Translations under genes and position numbers: made by a program
Source of the DNA: Flectonema sp. DT1601
Taxonomy: Eukaryota
Reading direction: 5' to 3'
Length of the DNA: 64,000 nucleotides
NCBI GenBank assembly: GCA_964019425.1
Contig: OZ025792.1
Location: forward strand, 744,001 to 808,000
Part shown: piece after piece, positions 23,642-34,773 of the stretch
Position numbering within the stretch: position 1 is the stretch's first letter
Layout of the letters: each line of letters opens with the position of its first letter
The notes under the pieces: model-generated
Told to the model about the DNA's origin: nothing
The model's input: the letters and a program-made list of their open reading frames with translations, nothing else
The model's database searches: none

Positions 23642-24156
23642 TTTACTAGATTGGTGTCTAACTGAAGTCAGTGAATGGTAAACCTGTTTTTTATTTTAGA
23701 GTTTTCACCTACTCTCTTTTGTGTTGAACAAGTGAAAGCTGAGCCCTTGTTGCTGTCGGAATGCGTGTGTTTATCTGTGATTCAGTTTTGGGAGAATTTG
23801 GAAGAGTTTTCATTGTACACTCAGTTCCCGAAAGTACTTCCGTACTTTGTCGGGAATCTCAAGTTGTTCGACTTCGTGTTTAATATACAAAAAAGAAATC
23901 ATATGTCGAATTTAAGAAGCATTATCTAACTACTGTCTGTGTTAATATTTTCCCCACAATTACTTTCATTAGGTTCTACTCACGGTTGATATGTTCTCAT
24001 CGTGTTGGATAATTTATTGTATTCTCACTTCTTCACTTCTGTTAGCTGATTATTATATTTAATTGTCTTTAATAGATTTTTCGAGTTCGTCAACACAAAA
24101 TTAAGATCCAGTTTGAAAAAAAAAACAATTTTATCCATTTTCATCCTGAGAAGGGA

Positions 24157-26469
24157 ATGTTTGGAGAGAGTATTTCCATATTAAATATCTGGAAATGTTT
24201 TTTAAAACCTTTTACGTCTGTTGATGACAGCAGTTTAGATAGACAACGAAAAGAGTTGCTTTTAATCTCGTCGTTGGTGGGCTTCGTGACATTTACACTA
24301 ACAATTGAAGTCGATTTCAATTTTTCGTGGCTGAAGGTTTCAATTTGGACAAATGGTTGTTCCTCATTCTTGCTGTTTTTAAACTTGTATATCACTAAAA
24401 AAATCACTAATAAAAAAATCGGAGCCTTTTCAGCCGCAATGGTCATCAGTATCCTTGTAGCAGATTGGACAGCTGCACAGATTCTTTGGGTTAGAGTTTG
24501 GCCACTTGTTGTGATTATTGCTGATCTAATGTTAGTATGCAAAGTTCCGAAGAGTTACTCAAAGACTTTAATTCGTGTTGTTGTACCCTATCTGATATTT
24601 GATGGATTCGAACGGATGCTTCGTTTTGGTTTCTATGACCTGCCTTACGGTGCTAGTAAAAGCAGACGACGCTTCGTCTTCAGCTGCGAAAACCCTCCCT
24701 GTCCCATACTTCCCAGCGTGGCAGTTAGCGATGTTATTTTGTCTACTTCTGTATTCATGTTGGATTTTATAATCACACGAGGATTTGCTGATGGCATGCT
24801 GAAGGAGCAGAAGAAGCTCCGAGAGAGCTCAGAGTTAGCTGAGAAGGTTGTGAAATGTTTAGTTAGGTTCGATTTGGAACTGGCTGAAGATATACTGCGG
24901 CAGTCTTGCGAAACAGAGATGGAGGAAGTGCTTCAACAGTTGCTCTGTAACTTGCGAGTGTACCGACCGTACTTGCCGACTGCGCTCTTCGAGTTCGAAG
25001 ACAGGGCGTCAGTAGATGTCCCAGTTCCGGGGATTTCTGGAGAGGAAGTGGCCGTCGTCTTCACCGACATCAAGAGCAGCTCCTTCTGTTGGGAGGCTGA
25101 ACCCGAAGCGATGGCCCGGGCACTTCGCAGTCACAATGCGGCAATCACGCAGTGCATGGACAAGTATTCTGGTTATGAAGTGAAGACAATTGGTGATAGT
25201 TTCATGGTTGCTTTCTCATCCATAGTTGATGCTTGCAGCTTTGGTTTGAGTGTTCACGTGAAGCTGCTTGAGACTTCGTGGCCTCCCGAGTTGCTTGCGA
25301 TCCCAATATGCATGCCAGACAGTTCTGGTGAGTGGGGCGGTCTGCGGGTTCGGATCGGTGTTGCGTGGGGAGAGGCGGTGGTGGAGCCGCAACGAACTTC
25401 TGACAAGTTTGACTACTTTGGACCGATTGTAAATCAGGCGGCTCGCATTGAGAATGCCTGCGTTCCTGGATCTGTGTCTATCTCTGAGTCGGCGTACGAT
25501 GAACTCCTGAAGTTGTCGACGGAGGATGGCGGCGTGTCTGAATTGCTGTCTGCGAATTGCATTCAAATGCCTGCCGTGGAACTCCGAGGAATTGGGAAAC
25601 GGAGATTGTGGACATTGGTTCCATCCTGCTTGCCAGTGAGGTGCCTGACTGTGGAAAGTGAGATCACTGGTGTTGCGATGTCCGCAGATGTAAGAAGCTT
25701 CAAATCGATTGAATCAGTTTCCACTATCTGTTCATCGAAGAAATGTGCAGACGATGACACCATGGATAAGCCAACTATTGGTGTTGCTCACGTGTCCATC
25801 CCCAGCAATGACGGAGAAGTAACCTTTGAAATGAACCAAGGATTGCAAAGAGTGATCACATCTTTAGAAAGAACTTCTGGCATAGTTATTTCTGTTGTCG
25901 GTTCATCTGTGGTGGCAGGTTGGAATGTCACAGGTCGGCAAGATAATCACATCGAATGCTGTTTCCGATTTGTGCACTACATCTCGAGGTACGAGACGTC
26001 GCAATTCACAATTGGTGTTAGCAATGGGAGGGTTTGTTACGGTCGGGTTGGTGCTGTTGGTCAACGCTTTGTGACAGCTATCGGTCCCTGTGTTCCGTTG
26101 TCGGGAAGTCTCTGTTCTGCTGCGAAGGAACTCGGTACGTTCTGTCTTTACGCCTCAACTGATGAGTATCTAAGTAGTGCGACTTGTCAGCGATTCTCTC
26201 GTGCTCTTCGTCCTGTTGATGAATGGAGTTATTCCTCTGGTCTCTCTGTTTTAGTTTGCGAAGTAAAGTTTGAGGCCCTCGCTATGGAATCTGAAGAAGC
26301 TAATTGTGAAGAGAACACCACATGGGGGTGGTCTGATGATTATTGGGAAGCTTTCCAAGCGAAGGATGTCATATCCATCGCTGCTGTTGTTGGTGATCCT
26401 CTGTTGAAGAAGGTTTTGAAATTATTGTCCTCAGGAACTCATTTAAATTACTCATTTGTGATGGCATAA
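24157..26469 (+). CDS. Multi-TM adenylate cyclase, paralogue 3
   Basis: 770-aa ORF with the same motifs. Confidence 0.92.
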   Translation: MFGESISILNIWKCFLKPFTSVDDSSLDRQRKELLLISSLVGFVTFTLTIEVDFNFSWLKVSIWTNGCSSFLLFLNLYITKKITNKKIGAFSAAMVISILVADWTAAQILWVRVWPLVVIIADLMLVCKVPKSYSKTLIRVVVPYLIFDGFERMLRFGFYDLPYGASKSRRRFVFSCENPPCPILPSVAVSDVILSTSVFMLDFIITRGFADGMLKEQKKLRESSELAEKVVKCLVRFDLELAEDILRQSCETEMEEVLQQLLCNLRVYRPYLPTALFEFEDRASVDVPVPGISGEEVAVVFTDIKSSSFCWEAEPEAMARALRSHNAAITQCMDKYSGYEVKTIGDSFMVAFSSIVDACSFGLSVHVKLLETSWPPELLAIPICMPDSSGEWGGLRVRIGVAWGEAVVEPQRTSDKFDYFGPIVNQAARIENACVPGSVSISESAYDELLKLSTEDGGVSELLSANCIQMPAVELRGIGKRRLWTLVPSCLPVRCLTVESEITGVAMSADVRSFKSIESVSTICSSKKCADDDTMDKPTIGVAHVSIPSNDGEVTFEMNQGLQRVITSLERTSGIVISVVGSSVVAGWNVTGRQDNHIECCFRFVHYISRYETSQFTIGVSNGRVCYGRVGAVGQRFVTAIGPCVPLSGSLCSAAKELGTFCLYASTDEYLSSATCQRFSRALRPVDEWSYSSGLSVLVCEVKFEALAMESEEANCEENTTWGWSDDYWEAFQAKDVISIAAVVGDPLLKKVLKLLSSGTHLNYSFVMA

Positions 26470-27464
26470 GTAGAAACAACGAAGTTAGTTCGTACTTGGT
26501 CAATGAGTTTCCGATTTTATTTCCATAATCCGATATCCCTTTACACTTTGTGAGTATTGCACCCATTATTACAAGCATTATCTAACTACTGTCTGTGTTA
26601 ATATTTTCCCCACAATTACTTTCATTAGGTTCTACTCACGGTTGATATGTTCTCATCGTGTTGGATAATTTATTGTATTCTCACTTCGTCACTGTTAGCT
26701 GATTATTATATTTAATTGTCTTTAATAGATTTTCCAAATTATAAAAATTGCAACACATACCCGATTGCGATCCAAAGAAACAGCTCTTGGGAGCTTTAGA
26801 ATTTTTTTTTGAAAAATCTCAAAATGTGTGGACCGTGTGGTAACTGAGGGGGTGAAAACAAGGGGTGTGTTAGGAGGCTTCACAAGAATTATAAGTTATT
26901 CTGTGCATTGAGCAATCAATAACCAGGGTTTCCCTCTGAGTTGAGTGGGAGATGAAAAGGGAACCGAAATTTTATTCTTATCGACCTGATTTGAACTTTA
27001 ATAATGTGCTGAACCGGCATTCCCCATGTTCGACCAGATTACTGTTTTAAGTACCTAAAGTTGTTACTGTTTTTTACATTATCGAAGTTTCACCCTATGT
27101 TCGATCAGTTTGACAACGTCTTCTGGTCAGTAAGACAAACAATATAATTTTCCCTTTTATGTTTTCTTTTTTAGCATCCCTCCTTTTTTTCTTTTTTGGG
27201 GTTTTCGTTTTATCATCATCAATATCAACTTCCTTTCCCCTCCCCAACTTTGTTAGTTTGCTAGCGAACCGGTCAAGTCCGAAACATTGAGGTATTCGTG
27301 TCTCTCGAACATTAGAATTCCTCGCTTACGCTAAAAAAGTGATCCTCTCAGGGATTACATAATGTTGTAGTATTGGGGACTCACAGGTGGTTAACCGTTC
27401 CACCCTGTCGTGTCTATCTAACCGGTACTCAATTGTATGTCGAGCTCGCTAACTAACGGAGGAC

Positions 27465-29400
27465 ATGTATGGAATACAAACGTTATTGGATAGTCGAATC
27501 TGATAAAGATGTAGCTGCTGATATTAAATTAAACACAACTCGACTAAAAAGCCTATCTCCCAAAACACACGACTTCACTACGATGTATACACGACTCCCC
27601 CCACCAGGAGATCAAAGATAAAGTGAATGAAGCAATTAAAGAAGCATTCGAATTCAAGAACATCATGCGACTTGAATCTAATGACCCTGCGACCTACCGT
27701 GCTTTATCACAGTTGGAATGTAGAGCGCTTCTAGGCTTTTGTGTGGATAATTCTCTAATATCAATGAGAGGAAAACTATGGAGACAAGTAGTTGGCACTC
27801 CCATGGGCGGCAATGCAAGTAGCGATATAGCTATTCTCTGCTGTTACAGAATCGAATCTAAATTTATGGATGACCTTGTAGCGAAAGGAGAGTTAGATTT
27901 AGCACGCAAACACGACTACTCTTGCCGGTACATAGACGATTTCCTTACATGCAACCCACCAGCAGAATTATATTCCAACTGAACTACACCGAGACCTCTA
28001 ATGGTATTGATGATGTTTCATACATCGGAATTAGAATCCGAATCGAAACCACAAAATCAAACAACAGATGGATACGTCTTAGCGTTAACGACAAAGCGCG
28101 TAGATGGCACATAATACCAACAAGATTCACTCACCAGCACTTGGCTGCTCAAGAATCGATGGGTACTGGTATCTTCACCACCATGCTCCTACGAGCACTC
28201 AGAATCTGTAATAATCAGACAGATCTTCTACAAGAGTTCGAGTTCGTAACATACAGACTACTCAACCGAAGATACAAGTTTAAGAACCTCGCAGTAGCTT
28301 GTCACAGCTTTATCAACTTATATATTGACGATGGCAATGTTGCAGCTGCAATTCGAAGACGTCTAAATATTACTTCCGAAAGGTTTAATCATGGTATCCC
28401 TGTAAGCGATGAAAAAGACACCATTAATCATAAAAGTTCCACACTTCACACCTTAGACAAACGATTCCCAATACAATCACATCAATCTTCAGGGGAAGGT
28501 CTAATTGGAGGTGAGTGTGGATGGGCATCGCTGAATTTTGTTGCAGACCATCTTTATCTTGACCGAATAAATTTCAGCTATTTACAAGAACTACAACAAA
28601 CATTCTACGAAGAACATCAAAAAGTAGAAGCTGGCAGCAGCAAGCAAAGACCATCCCCGGATGGTCTTTGCTTGTTGCTGCCAGCTGGTTCTCTTTAACC
28701 GTGCTGGGGGTAGCAAGCAAACAAGAACTCAACAGGGAAATCCACCAGTATGAAGATCCCAGTTCTATGGACTACCCAGCAATAGCCGCCGCATTCATTT
28801 TAAACAAAGCTGGTGCTAGAATGTCACACTACATAGTGGCCCTTGTCTCCTTTGATTCCATTATTGTACAGACCGGCGATTATCATTCGACCATTTTGAC
28901 AGACATTTTAAACGCCCAGAATATTGTTTTCACATGATTTTAAGAAAAACTCTGCAGGGTAATAATAATGATAACGACTGTACCATGGCACCCTCGAATG
29001 AAGGAATTCTACTCCTCACCAACACTAAGGAAAAGCGCAAGAAAGACGACTACAGCTCCGATGAAGGAGAACTCGCACTCGTAATAAAACGAACAGATGT
29101 AGAAGAGATAGAACGCTGATCAAAAGCAAATATATGCTAGCCCGTCCTGGCGAGCTCCGATGGACATTAAGAAATCAGTTCTTTTGAAATAGACCAATTG
29201 ATGGATCCGATTTATTATTTAACTGGAATGAAGTCCCTAGAACTTACTGATGAAGGCCTAAGAGGGACAAGTAGTATAAGATTAAGGCCTGAAACTACGT
29301 ATTCCGCAGTGTATTATGGAACAGCAGAACAATGTGTTTTTATAATTTTTCTTTTTTTTATATTTTAATTTAGTGCACTTTTTTATAATAAACTCATATT
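27465..29400 (+). mobile_element. 5'-truncated, frameshifted Penelope-like retroelement (RT + putative Josephin-like domain + 3' hammerhead)
   Basis: RT motifs across frames: YWIVES, HDFTTMYTRLP, GTPMGGNAS, RYIDD, YIGIRI, LLRALRIC. Flanked by the 16-bp direct repeat CTAACTAACGGAGGAC (27449-27464 / 29401-29416), whose 3' copy continues into host-element sequence. Confidence 0.85.
29233..29298 (+). ncRNA. Permuted (pseudoknotted) hammerhead ribozyme candidate in the PLE 3' UTR
   Basis: Stem I CTTA(29243-46)/TAAG(29277-80); CTGATGA 29247-53; stem II AGGCCT(29254-59)/AGGCCT(29285-90); GAAA 29291-94; stem III ACTAC(29294-98)/GTAGT(29271-75). GUA triplet ends at 29276. Extra helix GTCCCT(29233-38)/AGGGAC(29263-68). 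Confidence 0.8.
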
Positions 29401-29632
29401 CTAACTAACGGAGGACCAATCCTTGATTAGAATTAGACGTACTGACTGCGCTGGACTTCAACTATGTCACTCAGGACTTTGTAGGATCTCTCTACGCTGA
29501 TCCCTTCTTGCTGCTATCACGAGATCATTGCGAACCTGACTTTCTAATATTCTGACCGTAGATGTTTGTTTGCCATTTATTAGTATTTGTGGATCACAGT
29601 GTGACTATTTATTATTCTGAACAGATAATAAT

Positions 29633-31893
29633 ATGAAATTTGTGCGTACATCTACATAAATGATCCCCAAACATCTAAGAGAGATGTTTGGGGATCATTT
29701 ATGAAACTGTTCAGATCCCCGGAAGACACGGAATTAGATTCACGACACAAGGGAATAGTACTGGCTTTGTCAATTATTGTCTTGTTGGTTTCTGCAGTGT
29801 CAATGGATTTCAATTTTTACTTCTCCTGAGAGAGACTTACAATTTGGATATCTAGTGGAAGCTCAGTCGTCGTTATTGCAAATCTATACTTGACTAAGAA
29901 GATAACTGATCAAAAGATTGGCATCTTCGCAGCTTCTTTGTTATTCAGCATTCTAGTAATTGACTGGATAGCTGCTCAGGCATTGTGGGTAAGGAACTGG
30001 CCAGTTGTTGTCATCATTGCGGATCTACTCCTATTGTGTAATATTCCTAAGAGTTACGCTAAAGCACTATTCTATATCGTAGTACCGTATCTCATATTCG
30101 ATTCAATGGAACGGATATTTCGATTTGGTTTTTATGACATCCCTTACGGTGCGACAATGGAGCTGCGTCTCCGTCCTTGTGAATGCGACAAACCGCCTTG
30201 TCGTGTAAGTGCTGTACATGCGATTGCAGATGCAATCATGTCGTGTTCTATATTCCTGTTGGATTTTATGGTCACAAGAGGATTCGCTGAAGGGATGCTT
30301 TCTGAACAGAAGAAGCTCCGAGAGAGCTCAGAGTTAGCTGAGAAGGTTGTGAAATGTTTGGTTCGGTTCGATTTGGAACTGGCTGAAGAAATACTGCGGC
30401 AGTCTTGCGAAACAGAGATGGGGGAAGTGCTTCAACAGTTGCTCTGTAACTTGCGAGTGTACCGACCGTACTTGCCGACTGCCCTCTTCGAGTTCGAAGA
30501 CAGGGCGTCAGTAGATGTCCCAGTTCCGGGGATTTCTGGAGAGGAAGTGGCCGTCGTCTTCACCGACATCAAGAGCAGCTCCTTCTGTTGGGAGGCTGAA
30601 CCCGAAGCGATGGCCCGGGCACTTCGCAGTCACAATGCGGCAATCACGCAGTGCATGGACAAGTATTCTGGTTATGAAGTGAAGACAATTGGTGATAGTT
30701 TCATGGTTGCTTTCTCATCCATAGTTGATGCTTGCAGCTTTGGTTTGAGTGTTCACGTGAAGCTGCTTGAGACTTCGTGGCCTCCCGAGTTGCTTGCGAT
30801 CCCAATATGCATGCCAGACAGTTCTGGTGAGTGGGGCGGTCTGCGGGTTCGGATCGGTGTTGCGTGGGGAGAGGCGGTGGTGGAGCCGCAACGAACTTCT
30901 GACAAGTTTGACTACTTTGGACCGATTGTAAATCAGGCGGCTCGCATTGAGAATGCCTGCGTTCCTGGATCTGTGTCTATCTCTGAGTCGGCGTACGATG
31001 AACTCCTGAAGTTGTCGACGGAGGATGGCGGCGTGTCTGAATTGCTGTCTGCGAATTGCATTCAAATGCCTGCCGTGGAACTCCGAGGAATTGGGAAACG
31101 GGAACCAATGTCCACAATCCCATCCTGCTTGCCAGTGAGGTGCCTGACTGTGGAATATGAGATCACTGGTGTTGCATTGCTCCTTAATGAAAAAAGCTTC
31201 AAATCAATTGAATCAGTTTCCTATCCCATATCGAGTTCTATCTGTTCGAGAAGAAATACAGACAATAACACCATAGGTAAGCCAATTATTGGTGTCGCTC
31301 GCGTTTTTGTCCCAACCGTTGAAGGAGAAGTAACCTTTGAAATGAACCAAGGATTGCAAAGAGTAATCACATCTTTAGAAAGAACTTCTGGCATAGTTAT
31401 TTCTGTTGTCGGTTCATCTGTGGTGGCAGGTTGGAATGTCACAGGTCGGCAAGATAATCACATCGAATGCTGTTTCCGATTTGTGCACTACATCTCGAGG
31501 TACGAGACGTCGCAATTCACAATTGGTGTTAGCAATGGGAGGGTTTGTTACGGTCGGGTTGGTGCTGTTGGTCAACGCTTTGTGACAGCTATCGGTTCCT
31601 GTGTTCCGTTGTCGGGAAGTCTCTGTTCTGCTGCGAAGGAACTCGGTACGTTCTGTCTTTACGCCTCAACTGATGAGTATCTAAGTAGTGCGACCTGCCA
31701 TCATTTTGGTGATGCCATTCGTCCTGTTGATGAATGGAAATTTACTAGTTCTGTTGTTGTGTATTGGGAGGCATTCCAAGCGAAGGATGTCATATCAATC
31801 GCTGCTGTTGAGGGTCGTGATCCTGTTTTGACAAAAGTAGCGCATCTGCTTACGACTAATGCGCAATTGAAACATATAACAATATTAGAATAG
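29633..31893 (+). pseudogene. Adenylate cyclase paralogue 4, probable pseudogene
   Basis: A 23-bp templated insertion shifts the frame after ATG 29633. In-frame TGA at 29827-29 where paralogues have Trp. 19-bp inversion at 31101-31119. In-frame deletion near the C-terminus. Confidence 0.8.
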
Positions 31894-32164
31894 TTCTCAC
31901 ATAACCTGAGACATGGTTTGTTGAATGAAAGTTCTTTTCTCTTTGCTGCTTTGAAAGGAGCAGAACTTATTTGTGAATCTTATCTTTTGAGCAACCGGTT
32001 GAATATTTCACTTGAGACGAGAATAATGGTATTTCCATACCTCATTGTTTTTGTCAATTTGTTTATTCTTAACAAATAGATTCTGCTGATAATTTCGTTT
32101 TCTTTGTCGATAAGAAGCTATTGTAAGGCATTGAACATTACTAACTTCCCCTCTAGAAAGTAAT

Positions 32165-34504
32165 ATGTATAGTAGTTTTATTGCACGGTGTTGGAATTCG
32201 TTTCTGCTGCTGTTCGCATCTGTAGATGACACGGAACTAGATTGCCGTCGTAAACGAGTAATGCTTGCTTTCTCTGTTGTGGGATTGGCAGTTTTTGCAT
32301 TTCCTACTAAACATTGGGCGGACTTTTCGTGGCAAGTCGCAGCAAAGTGGCTCGGTGGAGGAGGCTCTCTGATTCTGATTATCAACTTGTACATAACAAA
32401 GAAGATAACTGATCAAAAGATTGGTTTATACACGATATGTCAAATGATATCTATCCTCTTGGGTGATTGGGTTAGTGGTCAAGTACTGGACATCAGGGCT
32501 TGGCCGGGAGTGGTTGTATTCGCGGATCTGCTACTGTTGTGTAATGCTCCTCGAAGATATTCAGTGATCCTTATTACGAGTCTTGTTCCTTACCTCTTCT
32601 TGGATGCAACTGAACGAACACTTCGATTTGGTTTCTATGACATCCCTTATGGTTCAACAGCTGCAGAACGCGCTGTTCCATGTGATTGCAGCAACCCTCC
32701 TTGTCCCATTGGTACTGTAAGGTCCCTTCTCAAAGCAACTTATTGCATCAGCATATTCATGTTGGATTTCATGGTCACACGGGGATTTGCTGATGGCATG
32801 CTGAAGGAGCAGAAGAAGCTCCGAGAGAGCTCAGAGTTAGCTGAGAAGGTTGTGAAATGTTTAGTTCGGTTCGATTTGGAACTGGCTGAAGATATACTGC
32901 GGCAGTCTTGCGAAACAGAGATGGGGGAAGTGCTTCAACAGTTGCTCTGTAACTTGCGAGTGTACCGACCGTACTTGCCGACTGCGCTCTTCGAGTTCGA
33001 AGACAGGGCGTCAGTAGATGTCCCAGTTCCGGGGATTTCTGGAGAGGAAGTGGCCGTCGTCTTCACCGACATCAAGAGCAGCTCCTTCTGTTGGGAGGCT
33101 GCGCCCGAAGCGATGGCCCGGGCACTTCGCAGTCACAATGCGGCAATCACGCAGTGCATCGACAAGTATTCTGGTTATGAAGTGAAGACAATTGGTGATA
33201 GTTTCATGGTTGCCTTCTCATCCATAGTTGATGCTTGCAGCTTTGGTTTGAGTGTTCACGTAAAGCTGCTTGAGACTTCGTGGCCTCCCGAGTTGCTTGC
33301 GATCCCAATATGCATGCCAGACAGTTCTGGTGAGTGGGGCGGTCTGCGGGTTCGGATCGGTGTTGCGTGGGGAGAGGCGGTGGTGGAGCCGCAACGAACT
33401 TCTGACAAGTTTGACTACTTTGGACCGATTGTAAATCAGGCGGCTCGCATTGAGAATGCCTGCGTTCCTGGATCTGTGTCTATCTCTGAGTCGGCGTACG
33501 ATGAACTCCTGAAGTTGTCGACGGAGGATGGCGGCGTGTCTGAATTGCTGTCTGCGAATTGCATTCAAATGCCTGCCGTGGAACTCCGAGGAATTGGGAA
33601 ACGGAGATTGTGGACATTGGTTCCATCCTGCTTGCCAGTGAGGTGCCTGACTGTGGAAAGTATGGTTACTGGTAATCCAATGGAAACAGATAATCAAATA
33701 GTTGCGATGTCCGGAGATGTAAGAAGTTTTGAATCTGGGAGCTCTGTTTCTTCGGCTTATATGTCCGTAGGTCGAAGAAAAAGTTATGATGGGGATACAA
33801 GTTTGAGCTGCCCGATCATTGGTATCGCTCACATATCTGTTCATGCCGTTAATGAAATAGCCTTTGAGATGAACCAAGGATTGCAAAGAGTGATCACATC
33901 TTTAGAAAGAACTTCTGGCATAGTTATTTCTGTTGTCGGTTCATCTGTGGTGGCAGGTTGGAATGTCACAGGTCGGCAAGATAATCACATCGAATGCTGT
34001 TTCCGATTTGTGCACTACATCTCGAGGTACGAGACGTCGCAATTCACAATTGGTGTTAGCAATGGGAGGGTTTGTTACGGTCGGGTTGGTGCTGTTGGTC
34101 AACGCTTTGTGACAGCTATCGGTCCCTGTGTTCCGTTGTCGGGAAGTCTCTGTTCTGCTGCGAAGGAACTCGGTACGTTCTGTCTTTACGCCTCAACTGA
34201 TGAGTATCTAAGTAGTGCGACTTGTCAGCGACTATCTTGTGCTCTTCGCCCCGTTGATATCTGGACTTATAGTTGTAGTACTCTCCCTATTTCGATCTAC
34301 CAGGTTAGACCTGAGGGAACAACTATCGAAGATCTGACATCCAATAACAACACATGGGAATGGTCTGATGATTATTGGGAGGCATTCCAAGCGAAGGATG
34401 TCATATCCATCGCTGCTGTTGAGGGTCGTGATCCTGTTTTGACAAAAGTAGCGCATCTGCTTACGACTAATGCGCAATTGAAACATATAACAATATTAGA
34501 ATAG
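32165..34504 (+). CDS. Multi-TM adenylate cyclase, paralogue 5
   Basis: 779-aa ORF with the same motifs. Confidence 0.92.
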   Translation: MYSSFIARCWNSFLLLFASVDDTELDCRRKRVMLAFSVVGLAVFAFPTKHWADFSWQVAAKWLGGGGSLILIINLYITKKITDQKIGLYTICQMISILLGDWVSGQVLDIRAWPGVVVFADLLLLCNAPRRYSVILITSLVPYLFLDATERTLRFGFYDIPYGSTAAERAVPCDCSNPPCPIGTVRSLLKATYCISIFMLDFMVTRGFADGMLKEQKKLRESSELAEKVVKCLVRFDLELAEDILRQSCETEMGEVLQQLLCNLRVYRPYLPTALFEFEDRASVDVPVPGISGEEVAVVFTDIKSSSFCWEAAPEAMARALRSHNAAITQCIDKYSGYEVKTIGDSFMVAFSSIVDACSFGLSVHVKLLETSWPPELLAIPICMPDSSGEWGGLRVRIGVAWGEAVVEPQRTSDKFDYFGPIVNQAARIENACVPGSVSISESAYDELLKLSTEDGGVSELLSANCIQMPAVELRGIGKRRLWTLVPSCLPVRCLTVESMVTGNPMETDNQIVAMSGDVRSFESGSSVSSAYMSVGRRKSYDGDTSLSCPIIGIAHISVHAVNEIAFEMNQGLQRVITSLERTSGIVISVVGSSVVAGWNVTGRQDNHIECCFRFVHYISRYETSQFTIGVSNGRVCYGRVGAVGQRFVTAIGPCVPLSGSLCSAAKELGTFCLYASTDEYLSSATCQRLSCALRPVDIWTYSCSTLPISIYQVRPEGTTIEDLTSNNNTWEWSDDYWEAFQAKDVISIAAVEGRDPVLTKVAHLLTTNAQLKHITILE

Positions 34505-34773
34505 TTGTCACATAACCTGAGACATGATTTGTTGAATGAAAGTTCTTTTCTCTTTGCTGCTTTGAAAGGAGCAGAACTTATTTGTGAATCTTATCTTTTG
34601 AGCAACCGGTTGAATATTTCACTTGAGACGAGAATGATGGTATTTCCATACCTCATTGTTTTTGTCAATTTGTTTATTCTTAACAAATAGATTCTGCTGA
34701 TAATTTCGTTTTCTTTGTCGATAAGAAGCTTTTGTAAGGCATTGAACATTACTAACTCCCTCTAGAAAGTAAT

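Larger units (their letters stand above)
26734..29515 (-). mobile_element. Decayed, inverted copy of the 2357-4329 TIR element, interrupted by a Penelope-like insertion
   Basis: 26734-27010 matches the reverse complement of ~3963-4257. 29411-29425 is the reverse complement of 3821-3835. ~29455-29515 matches the reverse complement of ~3255-3315. It starts where the upstream spacer shared with paralogue 3 (23917-24080 / 26573-26733) breaks off. Confidence 0.75.

Noticed and set aside
27465..29400. RT next to variable genes as a DGR or retron
   Set aside because: The RT motifs are Penelope-like, the ORF is frameshifted and TSD-flanked, and no template/variable repeat pair with A-specific mismatches was seen.
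29827..29829. TGA as reassigned Trp or readthrough
   Set aside because: TGA terminates other genes here (10219, 54472), TGG is used for Trp throughout, and this copy has other lesions.
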